From positions 1-64,000 of IMG/VR virus record IMGVR_UViG_3300021560_000013: 64,000 nucleotides of DNA; one strand, written 5' to 3'. Under the pieces are notes generated by a model. It had not been told where the DNA came from and made no database searches. It saw nothing but the letters and a program-made list of their open reading frames with translations. A program made the position numbers and the translations under genes. The DNA is from a virus. Positions 47,870-57,139 of this stretch are shown one piece after another. Numbering within the stretch: the first letter of the stretch is position 1; each line of letters opens with the position of its first letter.

Positions 47870-48246
47870 TGCCGACTTACGCGATGGTCACGAAGCACGC
47901 GCCGCGACAGGTGGTCAGCCTGTTCGACAGCCCCCTCGCCGCCGACGACCCGTTCCTCGTCCCCTACGGCCTGGACCAGTGGCCGATCGACGTGACCAGC
48001 CTGAGCCCCCAGCCGCAGCCCGGCTGGTCCTACGACGGCGTGGCGTTCACTGAGCCGGGGCCGATGCGCAACCGGCGGCAGATCATGGCGAAGATGACCC
48101 AGATGCTTCAGCGCAACCAGGACTTCCTGGCGATCCAGACGCCGACGAACGCCCAGGTCGTCCAGGCGGTGCAGGCGCTGACGAGAGAGGTCACGATGCT
48201 GATCCGGATCGTGGCCGACCAGCTGGACACAACGGACGGAACATAG
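47869..48246 (+). CDS. Tail fibre assembly-like protein
   Basis: PQPGWSYDGVAFTEP; follows the fibre gene. Confidence 0.6.
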   Translation: MPTYAMVTKHAPRQVVSLFDSPLAADDPFLVPYGLDQWPIDVTSLSPQPQPGWSYDGVAFTEPGPMRNRRQIMAKMTQMLQRNQDFLAIQTPTNAQVVQAVQALTREVTMLIRIVADQLDTTDGT

Positions 48247-48254
48247 GAGGAGAG

Positions 48255-48557
48255 ATGGAGTTTCAGGCAACGTTCTCGTTCGAGGCCGACAGCCCGGAGG
48301 ACGCGCACGAGCAGATCAGCCAGTGGGTGGTTACGCCCGGCTCAATCCTGATGCACGTCACGCACAACCCGCCACGGGTGGTCCACCAGCCGTTCGTGGT
48401 CGAGTCCGGCGTGGTGGCCGAGCACATCCCCGCGTTCGAGGACTCCTCCGCGCCGCCGCTGCCGATCATGCCGCCCCCGCCCGAGGAGGTCTCGCCCTTC
48501 GCCGCACCGGCGGGCCATCCGATGCCTCCCGCCCCTCACACCCATAACGGAGGGTAG
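48255..48557 (+). CDS. Hypothetical protein
   Basis: RBS AGGAG. Confidence 0.6.
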   Translation: MEFQATFSFEADSPEDAHEQISQWVVTPGSILMHVTHNPPRVVHQPFVVESGVVAEHIPAFEDSSAPPLPIMPPPPEEVSPFAAPAGHPMPPAPHTHNGG

Positions 48558-48559
48558 GC

Positions 48560-49087
48560 GTGAGCACAACCGAGCCCAACGCGCTCGACTACGACCTGAT
48601 CCCGCCCGATCCGGGGCTGATCAACCCGGATCTCGCGCTCGACGCTGCGCTCGCGCCGGTCGAGACGGTGGACCCGGACGCGCCGATCCCGTTCGGGCGC
48701 AGCTGGCGGTTCGACTTCGAGGCCGGGCAGTTCGTCAAGGATGGGACCGCCCCGCAGGAGACCTACGAGCTTGACTCGCTGATTGTGTGGGTCGAGAAGA
48801 CCTGCCGGACCGCCCGGTACGCGCACCCGATCTACTCGGACGCCTACGGCGTGGACGGCGGGGAGATCATCGGCATGCAGGTGGACGACGAACTGCTTGC
48901 CGCCTACCAGGACGCGATCACCGAGGCTCTGCTCGTCCACGACCGGATCACCGCTGTGCAGGACTTCGGGTTCGACATGGATCCGTTTGACGAGGCGCTC
49001 TACGCCAGCTTTACGGTGATCCTGGACACCGCCCCGCCGTTCGAGGCCCAGCCCCTGGAGTTCTCCAACATGCCCGTCGCGACATGA
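48560..49087 (+). CDS. Baseplate wedge gp25/XkdS (DUF2634)-like protein
   Basis: WRFDFEAGQF...TARY.HPIYS.AYG...ITEALLVHDRITAV. Confidence 0.8.
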   Translation: MSTTEPNALDYDLIPPDPGLINPDLALDAALAPVETVDPDAPIPFGRSWRFDFEAGQFVKDGTAPQETYELDSLIVWVEKTCRTARYAHPIYSDAYGVDGGEIIGMQVDDELLAAYQDAITEALLVHDRITAVQDFGFDMDPFDEALYASFTVILDTAPPFEAQPLEFSNMPVAT

Positions 49088-51198
49088 CCGACGTAGTCGA
49101 TCTCACCGAAGTCTTCTCCGAGACGCTCGCCCGCGTCCGAGCCCGCATGGACGCCGACGCGAACGCCGGGCTGACCCAGGACGACCCGGCGTGGATCGAC
49201 CTGCGTGAGGGCACGTTCTACTGGGACATGACCCAGCCTGCGGCGATGGAGTGCGCTCGGCTGTGGGACGCCATGACCGAGACCGTCGCCGCCGCGTTCC
49301 CGTCCACGGCGTGGGGCGACTACCTGGACGAGCACGGCACCACGTTCAGCCTCACGCGCACCCCGGCAGCACCGGCGACGGGCTACCTGTTGTTCATCGC
49401 GAGCGCGGCGACGCTGATCGCAGCGGGCGTCCAGGCGTCCACGTCGGCGTCATCCACGGGGGACGTGACGACGTTCGCCACGACCGCGTCCGGCACGACG
49501 AGCGCGCCGCTGGCGATCCCGTCGAGCGTGGCGGTGGGTGTTGCGCAGTCCGGCGGCTACCTGACCGCCGGAACGCGCTACTACCACGTCACGGCGGTCA
49601 ACCAGTACGGCGAGACGACGGGCTCGGCGGACCAGTCGGGTGTCACGACGAGCGCGGTGGGCGTGAACACGCTGACCTGGGCGGCGGTGCCGGGCGACTT
49701 CTCGAACCTTGTCGTCAACCCGAACTTCGAGTACGACACGACGGGCGCGGCACCGGCGGCATGGATCTCAGGCACCGGCGCGGGCGGTGCCGTCACGGTG
49801 TTCCAATGCCAGGGCGGCTGGGCGTCCGTCGGCACGAAGTCGGCGCGGCTGACCGGCACCGTGCCGCAGGCCGGTGGGCAGATCTCGGCCCAGTGTCCGG
49901 CTTCGGCCACGTCGCTCGCCGTCCAGCCCGGCGTGCCCTACACGCTGAGCATCGCCGCGAACGCCTTGACGCTCCCGTCGGGCGTGAACGCATACCCGCA
50001 GATCAACTGGTACACGTCGGCAGGCGTCTTCATCTCGGCCAACACGGGTACCGGCGCGAGCGGTCGCCTCACAGCGGCGGGGATCGGGCGCGTGACCGTC
50101 ACGGGCACCTCTCCGAGCAACGCCGCCTACGCCATCCCGCTCTTCGTGATCAACAACAGCAACGCGTCCGGCGGCACGCTCACGGTTGACGCCTACTTCG
50201 ACGCCGTCCTGTTCGCGCAGACCGGCGCGTTCACCGCCTACACCGACGGGGACCAGCCGAGCATGGCCTGGGCAGGCACGCCGGGCAACAGCGTCTCGAA
50301 CCCGACCGTCGGCCCGATCACCTACAACGTCTACACCACGCAGACGGCGAACTCGATGGGCGCGCTCCTCGCGAGCGTCACGACCACGAACTACACCGAC
50401 AACGGCACGGTCACGCCCAACGCGTCGCTCCAGGAGCCGCAGATCAACACCACCTCCGGGGTGCTGCTCGCCGCGCAGGCGGTCACGCCCGGCAGCGCCG
50501 GGAACGTCGGCGCTGGCGCGGTCGCCTCGCTCGATACGGTGATCCCCGCCGTGATGTCAGTCACGAACCCGAGCCCGATGCAGGGCGGCTCGGAGGAGGA
50601 GGCCGACGACGACTTCCGCGATCGCATCCTCGGGGAGTACGTCGGCACTTCGGGCGGCGGCAACAGCGTGGACTACAAGCGCTGGGCCGCGTCGCAGGGC
50701 ATCGAGCGCACCACGGTTGCGCCGGTCTGGAACGGGGCGGGCACGGTCCTGGTGATCGCGATGAACAACGACGGCTCGCCGGTCTCCAGCCAGACCGTGA
50801 CGAACCTTCAGGCGTTCCTCGACCCGTTCGCCGGTCAGGGCGCGGGCCAGGCTCCGATCGGCGCGACGGTCACGGTCACCACCTCGACGGTCCGGACGAT
50901 CACGATCAGCGCCGGGGTGAAGGGCGAGACCGGCTACACGCTCGACGGCACGGCGGGCACGATCGCGACACGGGCGGCGATCATGTCCGCGCTGACCGCC
51001 TACCTGACCAGCCTGCAGCCGGGCGACACGCTCGTCTACACGCACGCGCTCGCGACGTTCTTCGTCACCGGCGTCCACCAGGTCATCAACCTCCAGATCA
51101 ACGGCGGGTCGAGCGACATCACGCTCGGTGGACTGACGCCCCCGACGCCGACGCCCCAGATCGCGAGCCTCGGTGCGGTGACGCTGACCGACGCCTGA
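49084..51198 (+). CDS. Baseplate J-like protein with inserted Fn3-like and carbohydrate-binding domains
   Basis: DLREGTFYWD, AWGDYLD, GGSEEEADDDFRDRI, WNGAGTV. Confidence 0.85.
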   Translation: MTDVVDLTEVFSETLARVRARMDADANAGLTQDDPAWIDLREGTFYWDMTQPAAMECARLWDAMTETVAAAFPSTAWGDYLDEHGTTFSLTRTPAAPATGYLLFIASAATLIAAGVQASTSASSTGDVTTFATTASGTTSAPLAIPSSVAVGVAQSGGYLTAGTRYYHVTAVNQYGETTGSADQSGVTTSAVGVNTLTWAAVPGDFSNLVVNPNFEYDTTGAAPAAWISGTGAGGAVTVFQCQGGWASVGTKSARLTGTVPQAGGQISAQCPASATSLAVQPGVPYTLSIAANALTLPSGVNAYPQINWYTSAGVFISANTGTGASGRLTAAGIGRVTVTGTSPSNAAYAIPLFVINNSNASGGTLTVDAYFDAVLFAQTGAFTAYTDGDQPSMAWAGTPGNSVSNPTVGPITYNVYTTQTANSMGALLASVTTTNYTDNGTVTPNASLQEPQINTTSGVLLAAQAVTPGSAGNVGAGAVASLDTVIPAVMSVTNPSPMQGGSEEEADDDFRDRILGEYVGTSGGGNSVDYKRWAASQGIERTTVAPVWNGAGTVLVIAMNNDGSPVSSQTVTNLQAFLDPFAGQGAGQAPIGATVTVTTSTVRTITISAGVKGETGYTLDGTAGTIATRAAIMSALTAYLTSLQPGDTLVYTHALATFFVTGVHQVINLQINGGSSDITLGGLTPPTPTPQIASLGAVTLTDA

Positions 51199-52457
51199 TG
51201 GCTGCCGTCAACCTCACCCCCAGCGCCGGTGCTGCCACCCAGGCGCTCGTGACGCTGTACGCGCCCGCGAAGGTGTTCTTCACCGCGAGCGCAGCTGCCG
51301 CCACGGCAGCGCTCGCCTCGCCGTCCACGCCGGTCACCGGCAACGGGCTGCCCCAGTCGATCGACCCGCTGGCGATCTTCTCCGACGTGAACACGCCCGA
51401 CTTGGAGCCGCCGGATCTGCTGTCCGAGGTGCCGCCCTTCGAGCAGAACTCCTACGAGATCCAGGCGGTGCTCGGCGTTGTCGCGAACGAGCTAGCGCGG
51501 ATCGAGGCGGCGCAGCAGGCGCTCGTGAACAACTTCTTCCCAGCGTCCGCCGACGCGCTGCTGCCGATCTTCGAGTCGCTGCTCGGCCTTCCGGTCGCCC
51601 CGCCGGGGCTCGACATCGGCACACGCCAGCAGATCGTGCTCGCGTACATGCAGCGGCTGAAGTCAGGCGGGCGCGGCCTGGACTGGATCAACGCGCTGAG
51701 CGCGCTGGCGGGCGTGAGCTTCACCTACCAGGAGCACCTCACCAACCCGATCACGAACCTCTGCACCAACGGCTCGTTCGAGCAGGACGTGGTCGGTGCC
51801 CTGCCCGCCGGGTGGAACACCGCCCCCGGCTACTGGATCAACACGGGCGCGACAGTCACCAAGCAGACGACAGGCGGCGGCTATGTCGGCGCGAGCGCGA
51901 TGCGGATCGTCACGCCCGGCGTCACCACACTGACCGGGGCGAAGTTTCCGATCAATGTGACCGCCGGTCAGCCGATGACGGTCAGCGCCGCGTTCAAGGG
52001 CGCTGCCGGGGGCGAGCAGATCCAGCTGGGCATCGGAGACGCGGTTGTCGGCTGGGCGTCAACCGCCGCCGTCACGCTGAGCACCGGCTGGCAGGTCTTG
52101 ACCACCACGCTCACGCCGACGGCCAGCGGCTCGACCTTCGTCGGGATCCGACAGAACCAGGCGAGCTACCCGGCGGTCACGTTCTACGTGGACGCCGTGA
52201 TGCTCGTCAACGGCTCCTCGGCCCCGGCCTACGCCGACGGCGATTCGCTCGGCTACCAGTGGTCCGGCGCGGCGGGGAACAGCACCAGCTTCCAGTCCTC
52301 GCCGCCCGCGAACACCGTCCTGGTCAAGATCCCGTCGGCGCTCGCCGGTGTCGGCTGGCCGTACATCCGCGACATCACCCCGGCTCACATCGCGATCCAG
52401 CAGGGCTACACCGACGGGTTCTTCGTCGGCATCACGAACATCGGGAGCAACCTATGA
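51198..52457 (+). CDS. Baseplate wedge XkdT/YmfQ (DUF2313)-like protein with inserted CBM-like domain
   Basis: FFPASA...FESLLGL...RQQIV; ITPAHI. Confidence 0.7.
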   Translation: MAAVNLTPSAGAATQALVTLYAPAKVFFTASAAAATAALASPSTPVTGNGLPQSIDPLAIFSDVNTPDLEPPDLLSEVPPFEQNSYEIQAVLGVVANELARIEAAQQALVNNFFPASADALLPIFESLLGLPVAPPGLDIGTRQQIVLAYMQRLKSGGRGLDWINALSALAGVSFTYQEHLTNPITNLCTNGSFEQDVVGALPAGWNTAPGYWINTGATVTKQTTGGGYVGASAMRIVTPGVTTLTGAKFPINVTAGQPMTVSAAFKGAAGGEQIQLGIGDAVVGWASTAAVTLSTGWQVLTTTLTPTASGSTFVGIRQNQASYPAVTFYVDAVMLVNGSSAPAYADGDSLGYQWSGAAGNSTSFQSSPPANTVLVKIPSALAGVGWPYIRDITPAHIAIQQGYTDGFFVGITNIGSNL

Positions 52458-53587
52458 GCAAGCACCGCCAGCTGGTCTACGGCGCGCCCATTCCCCAGGA
52501 CTTCCTGGACGCGCTCCAGGAGTTCATCGGCATGGCCCACTCGGGCCTGCAGCTGTCCGTCGTCACGCCGGGCACCGCCAGCCAGCCCGCCAACCAGGTG
52601 CAGGTCGCTGCCGCGTCCGGCAACAGCCAGGTCGGCATCGCGATCAACGGACTGTGGCGCTACGTCGCCTCACCGCCCGCGCCGATCTCGATCTCGGGCG
52701 CGCCCGGCACCTACGACATCTTCGCCTGCACCGGCAACAACAGCTTCAGCGTCAACGCGACGCCACCGCCGCCCGAGCTTGACGCGACCGACTACACGTT
52801 CACACTCCAGGCGCTCCCCCAGGGCAGCACGCCGACGAGCCCGCCGAACTACCGCAAGATCGGGGAGTGCGTGTTCGACGGCACGCGGATCCTGTACCTG
52901 CGCCAGACGCTCGGCGGCGGCGACAGCTACCGCCAGTTCCAGGCGGGCGACCTGAAGCTGTCCGCCGTCGCGAGCCCGCCGCCGGGCTGGCTGCTGTGCG
53001 ACGGGACCGCGTACAGCCGGGCGACGTACGGCGTCCTCTACGCCGCCCTGGGAGGGTCAGCCTCGCCGCACGGCCAGGGAGACGGCTCGACTACCTTCAA
53101 CGTGCCGGACTACAAAGGCCGCGTTCCGATGGGCGTCGGCACCGCCGCCGGGGCAGCCGGGGCTACCAGCCACACGCTCGGAGCCAAGGGCGGCGAGGAG
53201 ACCCACGTACTGCAGAACGCCGAGATGCCCAGCCACAGCCACGGCGGCTTCGACGGCTACGCCTCGACCGACCACTACCACTACGGCGGCACCAGCAACG
53301 ACTCGCCCGACCATGCGCACAACCTGTCGCTCTCGGCCAACAACTCGCCCGTCACCCAGTCGGGCGGGCAGGGTTGCGCGACGATCGGCGGCGGGTCGAG
53401 CACCAGCGGCGCGACCGCCCGGCACTCGCACACGTTCACGACCTGGTGGCAGTCCCAGACGCGCAACAGCTACGACGGCTCGGTCTCCGACCCGAACCAC
53501 CGTCACGCGATCAGCGCCGACGGCGGCAGCGGCCCTCACAACACGCTGATGCCGTACACCACCTGCAACGTATTCATCAAGTTCTAG
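52454..53587 (+). CDS. Short tail fibre with collar domain
   Basis: PPGWLLCDG...SRATYGVLY...GDGSTTFNVPD...GGEETHVL...HNTLMPY...FIKF. Confidence 0.85.
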   Translation: MSKHRQLVYGAPIPQDFLDALQEFIGMAHSGLQLSVVTPGTASQPANQVQVAAASGNSQVGIAINGLWRYVASPPAPISISGAPGTYDIFACTGNNSFSVNATPPPPELDATDYTFTLQALPQGSTPTSPPNYRKIGECVFDGTRILYLRQTLGGGDSYRQFQAGDLKLSAVASPPPGWLLCDGTAYSRATYGVLYAALGGSASPHGQGDGSTTFNVPDYKGRVPMGVGTAAGAAGATSHTLGAKGGEETHVLQNAEMPSHSHGGFDGYASTDHYHYGGTSNDSPDHAHNLSLSANNSPVTQSGGQGCATIGGGSSTSGATARHSHTFTTWWQSQTRNSYDGSVSDPNHRHAISADGGSGPHNTLMPYTTCNVFIKF

Positions 53588-53630
53588 CTCACGACGTAAC
53601 ACATGCTGCGCGCTCGTGTATCCTGTGAGC

Positions 53631-53712
53631 ACACGAGGACCCCGAACGCAACTCTCCTCGGTCGGGATTGAAACGTCCGGGCCTCTGAAACGGCTCCTAC
53701 GGGAGCCGTTTC
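53631..53712 (+). ncRNA. Candidate antisense sRNA complementary to the conserved cassette leader
   Basis: TATCCT at 53619-53624; hairpin 53635-53685 with loop CTCTCCTCGGTCGGGA; then a terminator-like hairpin. Confidence 0.6.
53687..53712. terminator. Hairpin between convergent operons
   Basis: GAAACGGCTCC-TACG-GGAGCCGTTTC (UNCG loop). Confidence 0.7.
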
Positions 53713-53761
53713 GCCTTCCAGGGCCAGGTACCGGGTGGGGGCTCGGAGGGGCGCAGCGGGC

Positions 53762-54073
53762 TCAGGCGGCGCTCTGGGGGGCCTTCTGGGGCCATAGCCC
53801 CGCCATCCGCTCGCGCGCCCCGGCGGTCGTCCAGATCGTCACACCGAATGACGGCGGCGAGCCGATCCGGCACTCGCCTTCGAGCGTCAGCCACTCCAGG
53901 CGCGGCCTGCCGTCCCGGTCCTCCAGGTCCATCGGGTCAAGGCACCGGCGGCGCGTCTCCGGATCGCTGGAGCGGTAGTCGCCCGTCCGGTGGATGTCGA
54001 ACGCCTCGACGGAGTGGAAGTGCCTGCCGCAGGCACTGCAATGGTTGGTGCAGGTGACGGTCTTAGCTGGCAA
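53762..54073 (-). CDS. FDxHR-type Zn-binding protein
   Basis: HCSACGRHFHSVEAFDIHR. Confidence 0.7.
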   Translation of the reverse strand: MPAKTVTCTNHCSACGRHFHSVEAFDIHRTGDYRSSDPETRRRCLDPMDLEDRDGRPRLEWLTLEGECRIGSPPSFGVTIWTTAGARERMAGLWPQKAPQSAA

Positions 54074-54995
54074 CGGGCTCCTCGACCGCCTCGCCCTCGA
54101 TCGGGATCGAGCCCCCGTTGCGCAGCACGAAGTCCGTTACCTCCTGCAGGATCTCCGTCCGCTTCGCCAGGTCCGCCCCGGCGAGCTTCAGCCGCACCTT
54201 CTGGGGTAGGAATGATCCGGGCCGGACACGGTTCGCCTCAGCGAACGCCACCTGCAGCTGTCGGGCAAGCTCGTCGTCCGGCCCCCAGTCAGGCTCCTGG
54301 TCGATCGGCGCGCCCAGGTCGATGATCCCGCCGAGCTTCTCGTCGTAGCGTGCGCCCACCTCGTCCTCGGGGATCAGCCCGGTGATCGAGAACTGCTTGC
54401 GGAGCACCATCGACTCGGCGCACTTCAGGATCATCGCGTCCGGGTACTTGCCCCAGGACTTCTTCATGTTCGGGCGGTTGTACTGGGCGAACTTCGCCAG
54501 GAAGAACGTCGGCACGCGCACGCCCCGGTAGCACATCGCCCACGCGCCGACGATGTTGCCCTTCAGCCGCTCCTCGGCGGCGATCTCGTCGTAGGTGTGG
54601 ACGAACCCATCCTTGGTGCGGGCGATCTTGTCGGTGGCGTAGATCACGTCGCCGTTCATCCCGCCGAAGTCGTCGTAGCGGTTCGCGATCGCGAGCAGCC
54701 CGTCGCGCGAGACGATTGTCACCCACGTCGGCTCCTCGCCGTCGCGGCCCGGCATCTTCGCCAGGTACACCTGCCCGGCGAACGGGTCGAGCTTGTAGCG
54801 CCCCGTCAGTTCGAGGAACATCAGGAACGCGTTGTCGTCCGCGCCGCGAGCGACCGTCCGCTTCATCAGCGCCAGCTGCTCGTTGTCGAACGCGAACCGC
54901 GCCGGACGCGTCAGCGGCGTCGGCATCGCGCGGACGATCATGCCGGGGTTGTCGCCCGGCGGGGCCTCCGGGGGGGCTGTCTCGGTCTCAGCCAT
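54063..54995 (-). CDS. bet: RecT/Bet-family single-strand annealing recombinase
   Basis: FLEL..RYKLDPF..QVY, VSRDG...IA, VGAWA, W.KYPDAMILKCAES..LRKQF. Confidence 0.85.
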   Translation of the reverse strand: MAETETAPPEAPPGDNPGMIVRAMPTPLTRPARFAFDNEQLALMKRTVARGADDNAFLMFLELTGRYKLDPFAGQVYLAKMPGRDGEEPTWVTIVSRDGLLAIANRYDDFGGMNGDVIYATDKIARTKDGFVHTYDEIAAEERLKGNIVGAWAMCYRGVRVPTFFLAKFAQYNRPNMKKSWGKYPDAMILKCAESMVLRKQFSITGLIPEDEVGARYDEKLGGIIDLGAPIDQEPDWGPDDELARQLQVAFAEANRVRPGSFLPQKVRLKLAGADLAKRTEILQEVTDFVLRNGGSIPIEGEAVEEPVAS

Positions 54996-56208
54996 TGCCT
55001 GCCTTTCTCGCTTCCACCTGCGCCAGCGATGCCTCCAGCTGGCGCAGCAGTTCGTCGTCTACTTCCTCGGGCACGATCGGAGGCTTCGGGATGTGGATGT
55101 CGAACCGCGTCCCGATCTCCTCACGGTACAAGTCCTCGATCGACTCGCCCACCTGCAGGCCGCGCTCCAGCTGCTCCATCGTCGGGCGCGCCACCCGGCG
55201 CTGCACCCGATGGCCGTACACCCGGTTCGCCTTCGCGTCCTTCACCGGGATCGGACCGTGAACCGACGCCCACGCCTTCGCCGCCTCCTTGTTCTGCTTG
55301 ATCGCCTTCTCGGCCACCAGGATCTGAGCGACCACCTCCTCAGCCTCCTCCGCGTTGCGGATGCGGCCCCGACGGCGCGCCGTAGGGAAGATCGGGCACG
55401 CCGTCGGGCGGGGGCAGTGGCCGCAGTGGTTACCCGGCGAGGGATGCCAGGTCTCCTCCTCGACCGAGCGGTCGAAGCGTTCGATCAGCGCCGACATCGT
55501 CAACTCGATCTCGTCCAGCTGATCGCGATACAAGGTCGCCTGTCGTGGCTGGGAGTAGCGGGGGTAGAACTCGCGCAGCGTGATCGACGTGAGCGGCGCG
55601 TGGTTCTTGAAGCCGAGCAGCGCGTAGGCCCGCTGCTGGAAGAAGCCCGACTCGGAGATCTCCGAGGGCGGCGGCAGCCACCAGCCGGTCTTCCAGTCGA
55701 TCACGATCCCGTGCTCCAGGTTCTCGCCTTCCGCGAACAGCGCGTCCAGCTGGCCGGTGAACACCCGGTCCACCTGCCCGCCGTACGGGTTCGGGTAGCG
55801 CACGACCGTGTCCAGCCGCTGCTCGATGTCCACCAGCCCGGCGATGTTCCACTGCGTCTCGGAGGCGAACTTCTTCGTCATCCACAGCAGATCGTGGATC
55901 TCGGACATCGGCACGTTCACCATGTCCGCGATCGGCACGTCCGCCTGGCGCAGCGTCTCCAGCATGATCGCGAGCGCTACGTCCACCTCGATGCGCTCCT
56001 CGCCGTGCGCGGCCATCTCCCGCAGCATCTTCGCTGCCGCCCGGTGCCAGATGATCCCCCGGCCCGACGCCGCGTCCGAGAACGTCTTGCGGTACCGGCG
56101 CTCGAACAGGCTCATCAGCCCGCACTCGTCGTAGTCCGACAGGGTGCTTTGCCGGACCCTCGGGAACTCCTCCAGCGCCTTCGGATACGGCGTCGCTGCT
56201 ACCACCAC
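54988..56208 (-). CDS. PD-(D/E)XK RecB/Cas4-like exonuclease
   Basis: GQLD...IVIDWKTG, Q...YAL, HCGHCP...CP; conserved leader at 56216-56227. Confidence 0.85.
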   Translation of the reverse strand: MVVAATPYPKALEEFPRVRQSTLSDYDECGLMSLFERRYRKTFSDAASGRGIIWHRAAAKMLREMAAHGEERIEVDVALAIMLETLRQADVPIADMVNVPMSEIHDLLWMTKKFASETQWNIAGLVDIEQRLDTVVRYPNPYGGQVDRVFTGQLDALFAEGENLEHGIVIDWKTGWWLPPPSEISESGFFQQRAYALLGFKNHAPLTSITLREFYPRYSQPRQATLYRDQLDEIELTMSALIERFDRSVEEETWHPSPGNHCGHCPRPTACPIFPTARRRGRIRNAEEAEEVVAQILVAEKAIKQNKEAAKAWASVHGPIPVKDAKANRVYGHRVQRRVARPTMEQLERGLQVGESIEDLYREEIGTRFDIHIPKPPIVPEEVDDELLRQLEASLAQVEARKAGNG

Positions 56209-56364
56209 GGGGGTGCCTCCTCGGTCGTTACAGGGAGGCTCGCACGTCGATCGGACGGAACCGCGATCCGTTTCCCGCAGGGTCCGCGACGGCGGTTAGT
56301 CTCCTCGAAGTGTCCCGACCGAAACCCTCCTCCAGCACTCCCGCGAAGCTGCCCCTCTGAGCCC

Positions 56365-56823
56365 GTGGGAGCCTCCGTAACGCCACGGGAGTGGTACCGG
56401 AGGGTGGTGGGCCACCCCCCCAAGCCGTGCGCCGTATGTCGCGGGAGAGTGCGCGTCCAGGGGCACCACATCATCACGCAGGTGAGGCTTGAGCGCGTCG
56501 AGCGCGAGCGCCACCTGGAGCCCGGCACCCTCGTCTGGGATCCACGGTGCGGCATCGCGATCTGCGAGCTATGCCACACCCGCCACACCAGCGCGTTCCG
56601 CCGGATCCCCCGCTCGAAGCTCACACCGGAGAACTGGGACTTCATCAACGAGCTAGGGCTCGACTGGTGGATCGCGCGCTACTACCCAGGAGAGAGAGAT
56701 GGCGAAGGCGCAGCAGAACAACGGCAGCACGCAGTCGATCGAGGACATGGCAGGCGACGAGACCGTCCTGGGCGCGGCGATCAACGGCACCTCGGAACAG
56801 CTGAGCTTCGATCTCGGGTCTGA
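56365..56823 (+). CDS. HNH endonuclease-like protein (start uncertain)
   Basis: CAVC...GHHII...CELCHTRH. Confidence 0.65.
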   Translation: MGASVTPREWYRRVVGHPPKPCAVCRGRVRVQGHHIITQVRLERVERERHLEPGTLVWDPRCGIAICELCHTRHTSAFRRIPRSKLTPENWDFINELGLDWWIARYYPGERDGEGAAEQRQHAVDRGHGRRRDRPGRGDQRHLGTAELRSRV

Positions 56824-57034
56824 GTACAACCTGACCGACTCGACGCTGAAGCTCGCACAGATCCCGACCATGACCGTCAACGGTCAGTTCTCCGAGGGCG
56901 ACCGCGTGAAGGTGCTGCTGGAGATCGAGGTGGAGTACGTGAGCTTCCCGCCGATCAAGGACCGAGGGTTCCGCGTCGGCACCGAGCGACGGCACATCGG
57001 CCAGGTGATGTCCGCCGCGCCTGTAGACGACTAA
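56699..57034 (+). CDS. Hypothetical protein
   Basis: RBS GGAG; coding-like composition. Confidence 0.7.
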   Translation: MAKAQQNNGSTQSIEDMAGDETVLGAAINGTSEQLSFDLGSEYNLTDSTLKLAQIPTMTVNGQFSEGDRVKVLLEIEVEYVSFPPIKDRGFRVGTERRHIGQVMSAAPVDD

Positions 57035-57139
57035 GGCCGCTCTTAGCGGGAACTTTCGGATTGCGGGGCGGCGTGTCCGGCGCTAGGTTCACGGGTCTGC
57101 CGTCCCGACCGACGCTCGCGTCCAGAGCGGGGAGATGCC

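Noticed and set aside
42250-53400. Diversity-generating retroelement template/variable repeat pair
   Set aside because: Differences are not adenine-specific, both copies are coding, and no reverse transcriptase is seen.
53057-53632. Minus-strand ORF downstream of the leader-like sequence at 53652-53666
   Set aside because: Start is about 20 nt from the SD, it lies antisense to a clear fibre gene, and the translation is a shadow frame.
54988-56208. Cas4-like gene as part of a CRISPR system
   Set aside because: Paired with a Bet/RecT recombinase as a standard phage recombination module; no array present.
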